64,000 nt of DNA from Basidiobolus meristosporus CBS 931.73 (taxonomy: Eukaryota > Fungi > Basidiobolomycota): NCBI GenBank assembly GCA_002104905.1, contig MCFE01000472.1:1-64000 (forward strand), given 5' to 3'. This document shows, one piece after another, positions 50,858 to 62,886 of the stretch. Position 1 is the stretch's first letter. Each line of letters begins with the position of its first letter. The notes beneath the pieces are model-generated. The model did not search any database. It was given only the letters and a program-made list of their open reading frames with translations, and was not told the DNA's origin. A program made the position numbers and the translations under genes.

Positions 50858-51935
50858 ATGCCGCCGGCAAAGGAGTCTAAACGAGCCAGAGTGGCACAGT
50901 ACGTAAAGCTGCAAAGCAATTTCAACCAGGAAGAGAGGACACTGCACCACGCGGGATCCAAATACTTCAAGGCTCCATCAATACATAGCTTGGAGGACTT
51001 ACCTAGTCCACATGGTTACTACAGCAAAGATTTGGACGACTCTGTTTCCATGATGGGTCGTCGTAGGAGAAAAGTTAGACTGAGACTTTGGATAAACAGG
51101 ATCATGCGGACTCTGAAGCACCTGGTGCCTAGAATGGGGAAAACACACAGCTATCAATCACAGCATATTCTGTAGCCGATTCCAGCTACTTTGATCGTTG
51201 AAATACCAACCTCGACAAATCAATTCATCCCCCGCTATATCACCAGGAAGTTGCCTGAACACTCATCACACCACATGAATATACAATACATCCATCCGTT
51301 ACCATTACCACCTACTATATATACCGTTATCCGCTTTTGTAAAACATCGCCAGTATCGTGGAAAACTAATATTTGATTTGGCCATGCCCTTTCTACCTAA
51401 TAATAATTCCCGTTTATCCATCCCCACAGTTGATCTACGAAGTAATAAACCGTTATTCGACCACTTCAATTGTACACACTTTTGGTACACGGCGTGGTGG
51501 GCAGACCTGTCGACCATCATGTAAAGTCCGTTCTTTCCAAACAACGGCGAATTGATCCGCTGTTTGGTTTGCGGCAATTCCACTGGGTCGGCGTCTTTAC
51601 TGCGACGGCTGAGATGTAGAATCGATCGTACGCTACCAGTTCCAAATGGCCAGGATTTAGTCTTGATCGTCTTTTCAATCTCCGTGACACACTCAACGAA
51701 TCTAAGCGCTCTGATTGGGTCTTATAAGCTATTTAAACTTTGCACACCATCACGGGCATATATCGGCCTCCTCATCATTCTGATGAAATCAAATATAGCT
51801 AAGCAATCACCACCAGGCATTAACCCATATATTGGTTGTTTTGATGATGACTCGTCAATTAAACAATTTGCCGAAAAAAAACCAATTGATATTTCGATGC
51901 ATCCCTCTTGCCAAACCCATCCCATCCCACCATGA
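50858..51935 (+). mobile_element. Possible highly decayed Tc1/mariner-like (IS630-type) DNA transposase remnant
   Basis: Frame-broken fragments RYITRKLPEHSSHH and PPGINPYIGCFDDDSSIKQFAEKKPIDISMHPSCQ loosely resemble recalled fungal DDE transposase motifs (YI...LP....G.H; PG.N.DGWW...KQ..EKAIPIFE..HP.CQ). Weak. Confidence 0.3.
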
Positions 51936-52681
51936 AGTTAGTGCAGGCTATACCGTGATAACCTTTCCTTTCTAGGCAAGTACCATTAATTCCTGCCTAA
52001 AGCTTGGATCCATGTTGGCGCGGCGGCTGATTATTAATGGGTCGCTGTCAAGCCATGAAAACGTTCTACTGGAACGTTGATACTCGCCCAGATAAGGTCG
52101 ATGTGAAACGAGCTATGTCCTGCTTGCTCATGTCCCTTGAAACAAGAAGTCTCCACTTAGTTCAGACGTTTAGAGTTGTTGTGCCAGGCTTACACCAGGG
52201 AATTTATATTGGTATCTAATTCAGACGAGAAACATTAACAAATCAGTTTTTTATTTATATACAGGATAGATGTGACTAGGCTTGATCGGTGTGGTCACGC
52301 GTTCTCGAAAGTCACTATTTGTAGTAGCACATCGATATTAAGAATTTGGATCAATATAAGCATTTCGTATCACTTGTTCGTCTTTGGACTGGCTACTGGG
52401 AAGAAAAACGACGTTGTACACCAATCATCTGGATCCCTGGATCTGTTCCTCAGCTAAAAACAACTCCTTATAAAAAAGAAACCGGTCCTGGCTTGCTTAG
52501 GAAATTTCATCTGAAATCTCTTTTCAACTCTTACACTTTATTCCTCACATTGTGAATATCAAATCGCGTTAGAGTAGCAACAATATTACCATCGTAGTAC
52601 CAATTTAATTGTATTGCCTCGTTCTAACAGTTCCTTGAGACACCCAACCACTTATTTTATTACCAACCCGTCTTGACGCTT

Positions 52682-53984
52682 ATGTCTGGATCTAATAATC
52701 TACCTCCTGTACAACAATACATGGGCTATCACGGCAACCAAGATCCGCAGCTTGTTGAGCCAGCACAACTTCCTCAAACCACAACGACATCCATAAATTC
52801 CCAGCAGAACCTGGCTCAGCATCAGCATCAACTACTTCAAGCCTTTTGGGGGAGTCAGCTTAGCGAGGTCGAGAATGGCCAGTTTGACTTTCGCGTGCAC
52901 CAGCTGCCGCTGGCCCGAATAAAGAAAGTGATGAAAACGGACGAGGATGTCAAGGTAATCTCCACTCTGCAAATTGCTTCCCAATCGTCCATTGCTAACG
53001 CTTCCCTATCCTTATGTAACTTCCTCAGATGATTAGTGCCGAGGTACGTTGTGGGGAATCGATGCCGGGTTTTCCAAATCTCCCACTTAATGTTCTATTG
53101 TTTCTGGGGGTGCTCGTCTAGGCTCCGATCATATTCGCAAAGTCATGGTAATCCCTGAGATAAGGCACACTTCTCTGTTTGTACGCGTCTAACCTCGAGA
53201 TTGAAATGCCCGTTTCGTAGCGAGATCATGATTCTAGAGCTGACTCTACGAGCATGGATTCATGCGGAGGAAAACAAGCGAAGGACCCTGCAACGTAGTG
53301 ACATCGCCGCGGCCATCTCCAAAACCGACATGTTTGACTTTTTGATAGATATAGTCCCTAGGGAGGACTCCAGCCGAAACACCACGTCAGCAATCAAGGC
53401 AGAAAAGGTGGGTGAAAATGCAAATCCGAGCGTTTGATCTTGGGAACCTGACTCACCATTGGTTGGCAGGTGGATTACCGAAACGTAGTCACGCCAGAGC
53501 AATCGTACCCGTACGCTGGCTACCCAATTTCACAGTATCAAGGTGTAAGTTTTCCCCCAGTGCAATTTGCGCCGGACCGTCCGTATACTCATCTGTTTCT
53601 CTAGCCTATGCCGCACGAACAGCGAATGGTTGATCCTGTCTTGAATTACCAGCAACAAGTACATCTGTGGACCGCCCGTATTCACCCTTCCAGCACTAAC
53701 TTTGCTCTATTTAGCAACAATTGGCCCAGATGCAGTACGCCAAAGCGCATAATCTCATGATGCAACAGCAGTTTTTGCAGGGCAACCAGGGTGCGGCCCC
53801 TCCTGGTGGGAATATCAGCGGGAATCACCCAATGATCAACCCGACTGGATTGAGCCAGGATAATGTTGGCAACGGGCAACAGATGATGGGCCCCGATTAT
53901 CAGCAGCAGTATTTTCAACAACAGTTCCAGCAGCAGTATCAACAGCAGCAGTCCCAGAAGTATCCACGTCTCCCTTCTCAGTGA
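52682..53984 (+). CDS. HAP5: CCAAT-binding factor subunit HAP5/HapE (NF-YC), multi-exon, Gln-rich C-terminus
   Basis: [19 protein letters not shown]|[50 protein letters not shown]. Confidence 0.96.
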
Positions 53985-55444
53985 CCGAGAATTAAATTAG
54001 CCAATCTGTCCAAGGATATATCGTGGTGTAGGAACGGCTGAGTAGCGAGCGATGGTTGGCGCCGAATAAATTATATTTCCAACATTGCCTTTCCAGCACT
54101 CCAACTGATCCTGCAATGGGCAGAATACTGATTTACAATAGCTCCATCAAATGCCGTGGACATCCGTGTGCACATATTCATGACGTGCCTTTCAGGTCAG
54201 GGCCACTGGCTTTCGGTATAGTTGAGTTTGTGATCACGAATACTCGAGACTCTGAATCATTGGGTCTATTCCTCGTATATCATTCGTATCAACGAGACAA
54301 ATAAGAGTCGGTACAAGCCTCGCAGGTCGTCTGGCTCTGCCATTATTGATTAGGGAAAACACAAAGACCAATCGCTACCCTATGTGAGCACTTAGCTATG
54401 GATAAGCCTACTCTATTGGTCACCTCTGCAAAACACTCGGCAAATTTCATGATTACTCTGCTATCGACTTCCTATCCAATCTGAAGTACGAGAGATAAAG
54501 GCTGATCTGACTTGATCGTATTGGGAGAAGTCTGTTGGTCCGTAGATTGCCATACGCAGCTGGACTGAAAATGGGTGGTACGTAGATTCTCATTCCCTGA
54601 TCTCGAATTACCTGACAGCGGTGTGCAATTATAATTTATACGGTGCGGCGACAGCCGGAAAATGCAAGCGACATGCAGTGGCACATTCCATATAGGGTGC
54701 TCTGTTCGTTCCGATGACATTGCTGCTGAATCTTTCAGTGACACGAATTAATCCCAGTGTCTGTACATGGAAGCTAAAGGGACTGGGTATTGGGTTTCCA
54801 AAATCTTGCTTAAAATGGATTCGATATCATATATTTCCAATGACCTGGGATTATCATCGAACGCAACGTAACGACTGAATGGTTAGAAATCCGTAAATAT
54901 AGCTACTGCTTCTACGAGTGTCTCGTCCAATGGTCACTCTACGAAATCACCTAGTCTTATTCGTCAACTAACCTGAAGCTTAAGTGATTTTAGGACATGT
55001 TTCACCTGCTTTCTCTTCGATCCCAAGACCTCCCCACTGGAACGCTGAACTCCATTCAGCATAGTTACAGGCCTCGACGGCCATGTGAGATGCTGGATAT
55101 TTCAGCACTTCTCTACGATCTCGTTTCAGAATGCTCGGTTAAACAAATTTCCTCACTGTATCGTCCCTATTATTCTTTGTTCCTGGTGAATATGCTTAAT
55201 TCAGGCAGTACATGGTTTAGTTGGCTGTTTATAGTATCGATAAAACCCGAGGAATGGTAATCCACAAGTGCCTCATTCCTCTACAAAACCAAATTGGGGT
55301 ACTACAACAGGGGGAAAACAGTTGCTTGTTCATCGTGATTGTGAGTGACACTAGACTTTAGGTCCTTTATTGGGCTCCACTACCTTCACCTCATCGGGCT
55401 GATACATCAAATAGATACTCGACAGGTCTGTGGCTTGACGGGAT

Positions 55445-57205
55445 TTACAACTTGGCTGGTCTGAGATTCATTCCGCCACGTACATCTGCATGTCCAAACA
55501 CTTCGGGCGTAAACGTTCCGTGAAATCCATAGGGTACGTGGTGCTTTAAATGAATGGTGGCAATTGGTCCATTTGCTAGATTTTTAGCATCCAAAATAAC
55601 GAAGTCTGTCATGTGTTGTTTAGGTAAGTAGACTTGCGCCAATACCCAACCATCATCCTCCTCATTGCCGCTCGAAGAGTACCCATCTCTTGGAACAAAG
55701 ACAGGTTCTCCCACAACACCATGTGATTTCCAAAGTTCGGTGTTCTGTGATTCTCGGTCATACTTCAGGATGGAAGTAAACGGTATCGGGTTTTGCTTGT
55801 CGTCAGAAGCAACACAATAAGAGTATCTGGTGTAGATGCCATGGCGGTACGGATGTACGGATGGGAACTCTACGCTGGCCACATGGGCTTTGCGTTGGGT
55901 GCATTTGCAATCAATCAAGTCAATATCAAAGCTTGAAAGTACTCCAGGCTCAACGCTGTAGTTACTGAGAAAGACACCTTTATCGAAATTCATGTTGAAG
56001 TTTTTCCCTAAGGTTACCGCCTCGAATGTCAGCCTAGTCGGTTCCCCGTTCTCAGATCCTTCGCTTATCTCTGCTATATTGGTAAAGTGGAAGATATGGC
56101 AAGGATCTACATCCAGCTCCAACCATGGCTTGTTCCCGAGCAGTTTCTGATACTCAGGGCGTCGTGGAATAGCTATAATACGACTTGGAAGATCCGCATA
56201 GTATTTCATACTCTCTCCTGGCGAGTTAAGCCCCAGTACAAACTGATAAAACAGCCAACGTGATATTTTAACAAAGGGAGACATGTGAACCAAGTAGAAG
56301 TGTTTGCTCAACAGAAAATCATGCGCATAATTTAATCCAGGAATATTGAAAACCTTATCAGCAAAAGAGGGTTAAATTTGGATGACTCGGCACGCGCCAT
56401 GTAAGGAATCGTAAATGGTTTACCTGGTTGTATTTTAGTTCCCATTTACGCCCATACTCATTAATTCCAAGTCTAGGCTTTTCATTGCCAAGTCCCGGCT
56501 TCACGGATAAAGTGACTAGAGAATCCTGGCTTGGGTCGTATCTAAAATGAGCTCCAAACGATCGTAGCGTCAAGGTGTTCCTCAAATCATCTCTACCAAG
56601 GGTTTCTAAGGTAACAGGATCCAGACAATGTGGAAGGCCAGTTTCATAAGAAGTCAACAGTTTTCCTTCCCAGTAGAAGACGTTAGTGTTGGAGGGATTT
56701 CGGTAGTTCATTAAGCGGCGAAGATTCTCATTTTTCCCCCCACTTGGAGTTATCATGTACTTGGTTAGATTCCAAGTGTTTTGCACGACTCCTTGGGGGT
56801 TGGTTCCCATTCCACCACGATATTGCAGCTTGGACAGCTTCTGCTCCACAAGCCGATGCTCTGTTTGGACAAATCGAGACTTGAAATGAACCTCACCTGC
56901 GCCGGTAAAAGTCAAGGCACATACTAAACCATCGCCGTCAATTGGATGCTTTAGCTTTACCCCGCCAATTTCATCATTACCAGGACCTACGTAGAAAGGC
57001 ACACATTTGTTAACTATCATGAATTGGAGTTGATTTTAAAACATCTCGCACCATTTCGAAAGAACGTCCCATAAAGCCCAACTGGTAGTGTACCGCTGAT
57101 ATCAGCTTCGGGTATCCAATAAGAAACTTCCTCACGTGCCTGCTTTTGCCAACCACGATTCACCTCTTGGTTGGTGAAAGTGTCTTCCTTCTCTGGGTAC
57201 CCCAT
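55445..57205 (-). CDS. Carotenoid cleavage oxygenase (RPE65/CCD family); complement(join(55445..56353,56424..56986,57052..57205)), 541 aa
   Basis: FRNGPG, HPIDGDG, SNTNVFYWEGKLL, GEPVFVPR, EDDGWVL. Four Fe-ligand His: GAHF, YAHDF, IFHFTN, GFHG. Two in-frame GT-AG introns. Confidence 0.93.
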
Positions 57206-57785
57206 AGTATTCAAACGAGTGTCAGTTATCTTGCGGAGATGGTGCTACAATGGAAACAAATGGGAGCTACCGACCCTGGACAAGGTATTATTGCAATATA
57301 TACAATCCATCATACTGTATGTTCGCAATTACAAGTTTCACATGGAATGATTTCAGGTGACGACTCGTTGGATGAGACCGTCAAATTACCATGTCATGTA
57401 TCATATTTGTCAGCTAGGCTAACCTATGATAACCCACTGGAGTAGAGATTGATGAATATCACATTCAGCAGAATTGCTTCAGAGACATCATATCTGGCGT
57501 AACATTGCAGAATGGTAAGGCTCAAGGGGCGTGGTGGCTCATCATCATGAAAGCAATAGTTTTAATAGGAGTTTACTACCAAGATGCTCAACTTCCTGGT
57601 TACCACTAGTTGAGATATGCTCATTGATATAGTGTATTGTTGCTGGCGCACATTGTTAGAATATTAGACAAAACCTAACTTCTGGGTCAATGTTCACCAC
57701 TTGGAGTGGAATTGCTTAATTTATACTTCATAGAGCTTTGTTAACCGAAATATTCTACAAATTGCTTATTTTTACCAGTGCCCGC

Positions 57786-58511
57786 TCAGTCAAAGCCTGT
57801 AGGTCCAGAGGAATTTGCTGTGAAAGGTGTGAAAGGTGAATACGCAAGAGTACGGGGGGTGGGAAGAGGCTGAGGTTTAGTATACATAACATCTGTATGC
57901 AGGACGTATTTTACACCTTGCTTTACAGCTAAACTAGCGTGATATAGACCATGCTCAAACAACACAACTCTTCCCGGTTTGGGGATTATGTCAATGTGCT
58001 TCATTGATTCCACCGAGAAAAAACGGGTTTGCCCACCTTCTGCTACATCATTCAAGTATAGCAAGACCGTTATTCGGCTAGCCCCGGAGGACTGTTCATC
58101 AACATAGCTACTATCAACATGTGCATTGAAATATTGTCCAGGTCTATACTGATTAAACCTTAAATTCTTGTGTAGACCTGAAACTGGATTGTCTGTCCAG
58201 TATTTGGGAACATGGTCTTTAATGCGCGACCATAGCTCGAATGTTTCGAAGCCGTCAATAATGGCAAGATTGAGGTCGTTGCGTACATGAGGAGAGTTCA
58301 CGATTCCCCCATACTTGTTTGTTTGATAAGTGTTAAAGCCATGATACTCTGACTTCCTGATAAGTCGATCACACTCTTCCTTCGAATAGATATCGTCAAG
58401 AACAACAAAGAATGCACATGTGTCAAGTTCAAGTGCTGCGACGATGTCTATTGGAACCATTATTGTAGAAGGAGAGCGTATAAAGAGTTCGTTCGAATAT
58501 TCCTGGGCCAA
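57786..58511 (-). CDS. 2OG-Fe(II) oxygenase, prolyl-4-hydroxylase-like, intronless (ATG at 58460, or upstream TTG at 58511)
   Basis: LDDIYSKEEC, LRFNQYRPGQYFNAHVD (HxD), TVLLYLND..EGGQTRF, PKPGRVVLFEH, distal H, KYVLHTDVMY. Confidence 0.9.
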   Translation of the reverse strand: MAQEYSNELFIRSPSTIMVPIDIVAALELDTCAFFVVLDDIYSKEECDRLIRKSEYHGFNTYQTNKYGGIVNSPHVRNDLNLAIIDGFETFELWSRIKDHVPKYWTDNPVSGLHKNLRFNQYRPGQYFNAHVDSSYVDEQSSGASRITVLLYLNDVAEGGQTRFFSVESMKHIDIIPKPGRVVLFEHGLYHASLAVKQGVKYVLHTDVMYTKPQPLPTPRTLAYSPFTPFTANSSGPTGFD

Positions 58512-60203
58512 GAAATTGCGAGTGTTTATATAGCCGACTTGAAATCAAGCCTACCATTAAGAGCGCTCACTTACGTCAGCAGATGCACTCTTGCTCCCCC
58601 ACTAGCTGCGGACGATGAACGATGGTGTGTTTGCTATCCATCCACAAATTATCTTGGCTCACGACAAGAGAAGGTATATTCATCAGAAGTATTCTGGACA
58701 GGCCGTGCGCTCGACTGAACAAGATCCTAAGAACAGAACACGATGCTAAAATATGCCTGAATTCTTACATTGCGTTCACAACACTTCGCTTGATTATACC
58801 CCAGTCACGACTCCATCTTGCTAGAGCAGCCTTTGCCTGCGTACGCATCCCTGCTTGGATGAGGAAGGCAATGTACCCGTATGGGGCACAGCCTCTCTCT
58901 GACCAATTATAGCATGCTTTAGGGTCAATCAGTAATCTTCCTGAAGAATGTTTACACCAGATGGCTAAACTCGGATTTACTCTTGTGGGATAATTCACCG
59001 ATACTTGCCATGGTTTTAGTGAAAGTAACCTAAGCTATGCCAATTCGGGCCTGGGGTCTGGGCCTGAACGAAATCCCATGTTTTGGTAACCTCTAACTTG
59101 ACTGCATTCTATCGTGTGATCATCCTTGACGAATAATATAATGAGGCGGCCAGCTACGTTGGTATCGAGGTCAAAGAAAGCTGTAAATGTCATATTTGGC
59201 ATATTTGTATTGCTCAGGTACTGATAAGCTATTGATAGTAGTAGTAGTTCATGGCTTAGGGTGCGTCGCAAATTGCAGATGGGAGTCTCCTTGGTCAGGT
59301 GATGGATAGAGAGACTGACTTCAAAGTGGCAGTTTTTCATTGATCAACCACGATTTGTCTCTTAAATGGAAAGATAACGCATGCCTATATGTCCAAAACG
59401 AAACTGGATGACACCAAATATATTTTTGATTGTTACTGGAAATGGTCGCTTCTCCAGTATCCGGGTTTTCTACATCTCAACTCGCTGGCATTTAGTGTGC
59501 TTCTGAGAAGATACATCGGAAAAAGGATTAGGCTTCTTATCCTGATCGTCATTCTTTTCTTGCGATAAATGAGATTGGAGGACACTGATTCCATCAGAGA
59601 GCAAAGTTTATTCTATAGATTTGAGAGGTTTTTTGCCACGTAGAGTCGTGCTTATGATATAAACGTGGCAAAATGTCATATAATCGAGTTTGGGCATGTT
59701 TGGACGGGGTTGATATCCTATCGAGGTGGATTGAATCTACTTTTACTAAATGAAGCACATACTTAGTTGATATGTATATGATAAAGAATATCTCATGGCT
59801 TTATTGTGGCTGCAAATAGTAAAGGTGTGAGTGGAGGTTCCCAGACATGAGGTGCTTTGTGCTAGCAGTGTCTGTAATATCGCCGCGGATGTCCCACTCT
59901 TACATCCATGGAACAACTCATAATGGGCTTTCAAGAATCAAAGTACGTATCTTGCAACGTATTAGTCGAAGTGGAATGATGTGTTCTGAAGAATTCAGTA
60001 TACTTTGAATAATATATCTTCTTCAAGGGTCATCGATCGTTTAGTTATCAAGGCTACAAATAGTAATACAAACCAGCGAATCCATCATATCCATTCTCGT
60101 TCAAAAGATGGAATTGAGAATATCCATTCTACCATGCTCAAAACATATATAAACAGCTGGGTATTGAAAGTAATAGAACAATCACTACTTGCTGATCTTA
60201 AAA

Positions 60204-61325
60204 ATGCTATCAAAGAGCCTCTGCCTACTTTTCATTGGCCTTGTGGCATCGTCCCCACTTAGTGAATGGGATAGTCTTTTCCACTCTACTCCCGAGGCTC
60301 CGTATGTCCCAGTAGACGATTCCATGCTGACAATTTTGAAAGAGTCCGCAAACTACGCCTCAGCCGCATATTGCCATGAAGATAAAGTGGTCAATTGGAC
60401 ATGCGGGAACCGTTGTATTGGTAACCTCAATGTTACCACATACTTCCAGAGCGATGAAACCGAAATGGCTGGCTACATTGGTTACAATAAGGACACCAAG
60501 ACTATCGTTGTGAGCTTCAGAGGGTAAGTTGAGGATTGTTCTTCGACCGAAATTTACTCGGTGACAATGCATACTAATCTGTCTAAATCGATTGAAATTA
60601 GAACTGCAAATGACGAAAACTGGCTTATGGATCTTGATTTCCTACCTCGTTCTTTCGCTTACCCGAAGGCTGGTCCCGACGTGAAAGTTCATCGTGGTTT
60701 CTATGAAACATATAATAGTGTTGAGGACCAAGTCAGGGAAGGGTTAGCGAAGACTCTGGCCACCGTTGGCTCTACCTCTTCCGACTATGAGCTCCTGGTC
60801 ACCGGCCATTCTTTGGTAGGCTTACTCTTGAAGTATAAGCCTTACTCAGTATCCTAATCTTCCATTCAATCCTTTTAGGGTGCTGCTGTTGCAACTCTTG
60901 GTGCTCTGGATATTAAACGTATCTATCTCAACCCGAGCAATGAATTTGCTTTCGCTCCCAATTTGCAAAATGTGGTAGATACCAACAGAATCCGTTTGCA
61001 CAACTTCGGTTCACCTAGAGTTGGCAATCCTGAGTTCGCAGCTCTAGCTCACGAAACCATGACTGACGGTGACAGTGACTATTCAAAGATTTGCCGCGTT
61101 ACAAACCAAAATGATATTGTGCCCAGAGTTCCTCCTATGCTCTTTGGATTTCTTCACACCCCTCAAGAGATCTGGATCAACTATGATGAAGTCACTGTCA
61201 ACTGCCACGACATTGTAAACGGTGAAATCGTAGAAGATCCGAACTGCAATGCTGGTCAATTCCCAATGAGCGTAGCTGCTCACGATAGATATTGGGACAT
61301 TGAGTTTGGACGAGGTTGCGAATAA
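60204..61325 (+). CDS. Secreted class 3 (triacylglycerol) lipase; join(60204..60523,60602..60815,60879..61325)
   Basis: Signal peptide, IVVSFRG|T, VHRGF, GHSL|G nucleophile, FGSPRVGN, DIVPRVP, catalytic His in AAHDRYW. Confidence 0.95.
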
Positions 61326-62886
61326 GGCTTAGAGTATTTCCCACCTAAACAGTTAAATTGAATCAACAATTCATTATGTAATTAGGCAAGCTATTGTCCA
61401 TCTAAGCAACCAGAGAATAGATTTGTAAAGAAAGCAAGAAGTACAATATTTAGTTGAATATGTATTTCAAATAAATACACTAATCAAAAAGATTCTGATA
61501 TCGCACATAAATTTATTCATGAGTGCCAAACCTTCTTTCGACTAAAAAAATATCAAACCATCAGTGATCATGACTAAAACTATGGGTAGATTATGATCAT
61601 CATTGTTGCAACTTTTGCCCCATGTATATATTTTATCGTAACGATGGCAGTTCTCTGCAGGCGTTGAGGAGTTCTCAATTGAGCCCCGAATAATAACCTC
61701 CAACAATTAAGGCAGTATTCACCCCGAATTAGGCAATTGCTCACAGATAAATCATGATCACAGCCACCCATGTTGGCTGCACCAGTTGCATAACAATCTT
61801 GGAAATGAGTTTGAAACCCCATCAGGAATAGGGATATGCTCCGCATGATATGATAATCATGCGCTCGTATGGGACTTTTTCTACTCTAATCTGTCCTGAG
61901 GTTTGTGACAAATTTAATGGAGTACTCAATTTCAATCATTCGTGCACTCCAGCAGCCGAAGAAAAGCCCGTTAAAATGTTGATATTAGGCGCTACACTGA
62001 TCATAAGACAGGTTCCGAAGTTGGTATTTACCTAACAGATGAAGCCCCATCTGCTGAATCTGAAGCAGAGACTGAGTAACATAAATAGCCTCATCTAATC
62101 GCGTTTACATGCCTATCACCAAGGCCTATGCGTTGACTAGACATCTGCAAGATTTTCACTTCAAGTGATAAAGCAAGAGTTTAAAGCTAGATTGAAACCC
62201 TGCTGGTTCCACATTGACGCATGATGTGCACAAGTTTATCAAATCTATTGACGGAACAATAAGTATAAAGGTTAATTAAACTATAGAGAATATGTAACTC
62301 AGCAGTATGGATGCTTAGTATACACAAACATATATATATATAATTATTTGGTTAGCATTCTCGATTTTGTTCCATGACAGCTGCTTTAAGTTGCGAACCA
62401 TCCTAGTGATATATTAGTGTGTACAACAAAGGAAATTTTCTATATTATTCATGAGAATCAGTCCATTGTATTGGTCAGCCTCTGAGGCATATGTATCTTT
62501 AAAAAACGATGCTCAACTCGAAATTCGAACTTATTCTTATATTAGGTACAATTAAGAAAGCCCTCATTCTATAATTAGAACTACATTATATATCCTGCGG
62601 TCTGGGTTCTAACACTGGATTTTGAAACAACTGTTTTTGAGTTATCCACAATTGCCTTCATATTAGCATTTCCTCACATCAATTCACTCTATTTTCTAAT
62701 AGTAAATCTGGCGTCGTTTTGTCAGAGGCATCTACCAATCAGTCGATAATGCAAATTAAGAATGTATGCTGTTGTGTTAAATCCCTTGTTAGCACTGCCG
62801 ATTTCTCACTTACCCCTCAAGTCACCACAGCTACTGACAAAACCTCACGAAGGCTTTACACTGTGGGAGAGGCATTTACACACACG

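Noticed and set aside
59631-59673. Perfect 11-bp inverted repeat ttttgccacgt...acgtggcaaaa upstream of the lipase
   Set aside because: Roughly 0.5 such hits are expected by chance in 64 kb with short spacers; no other support.
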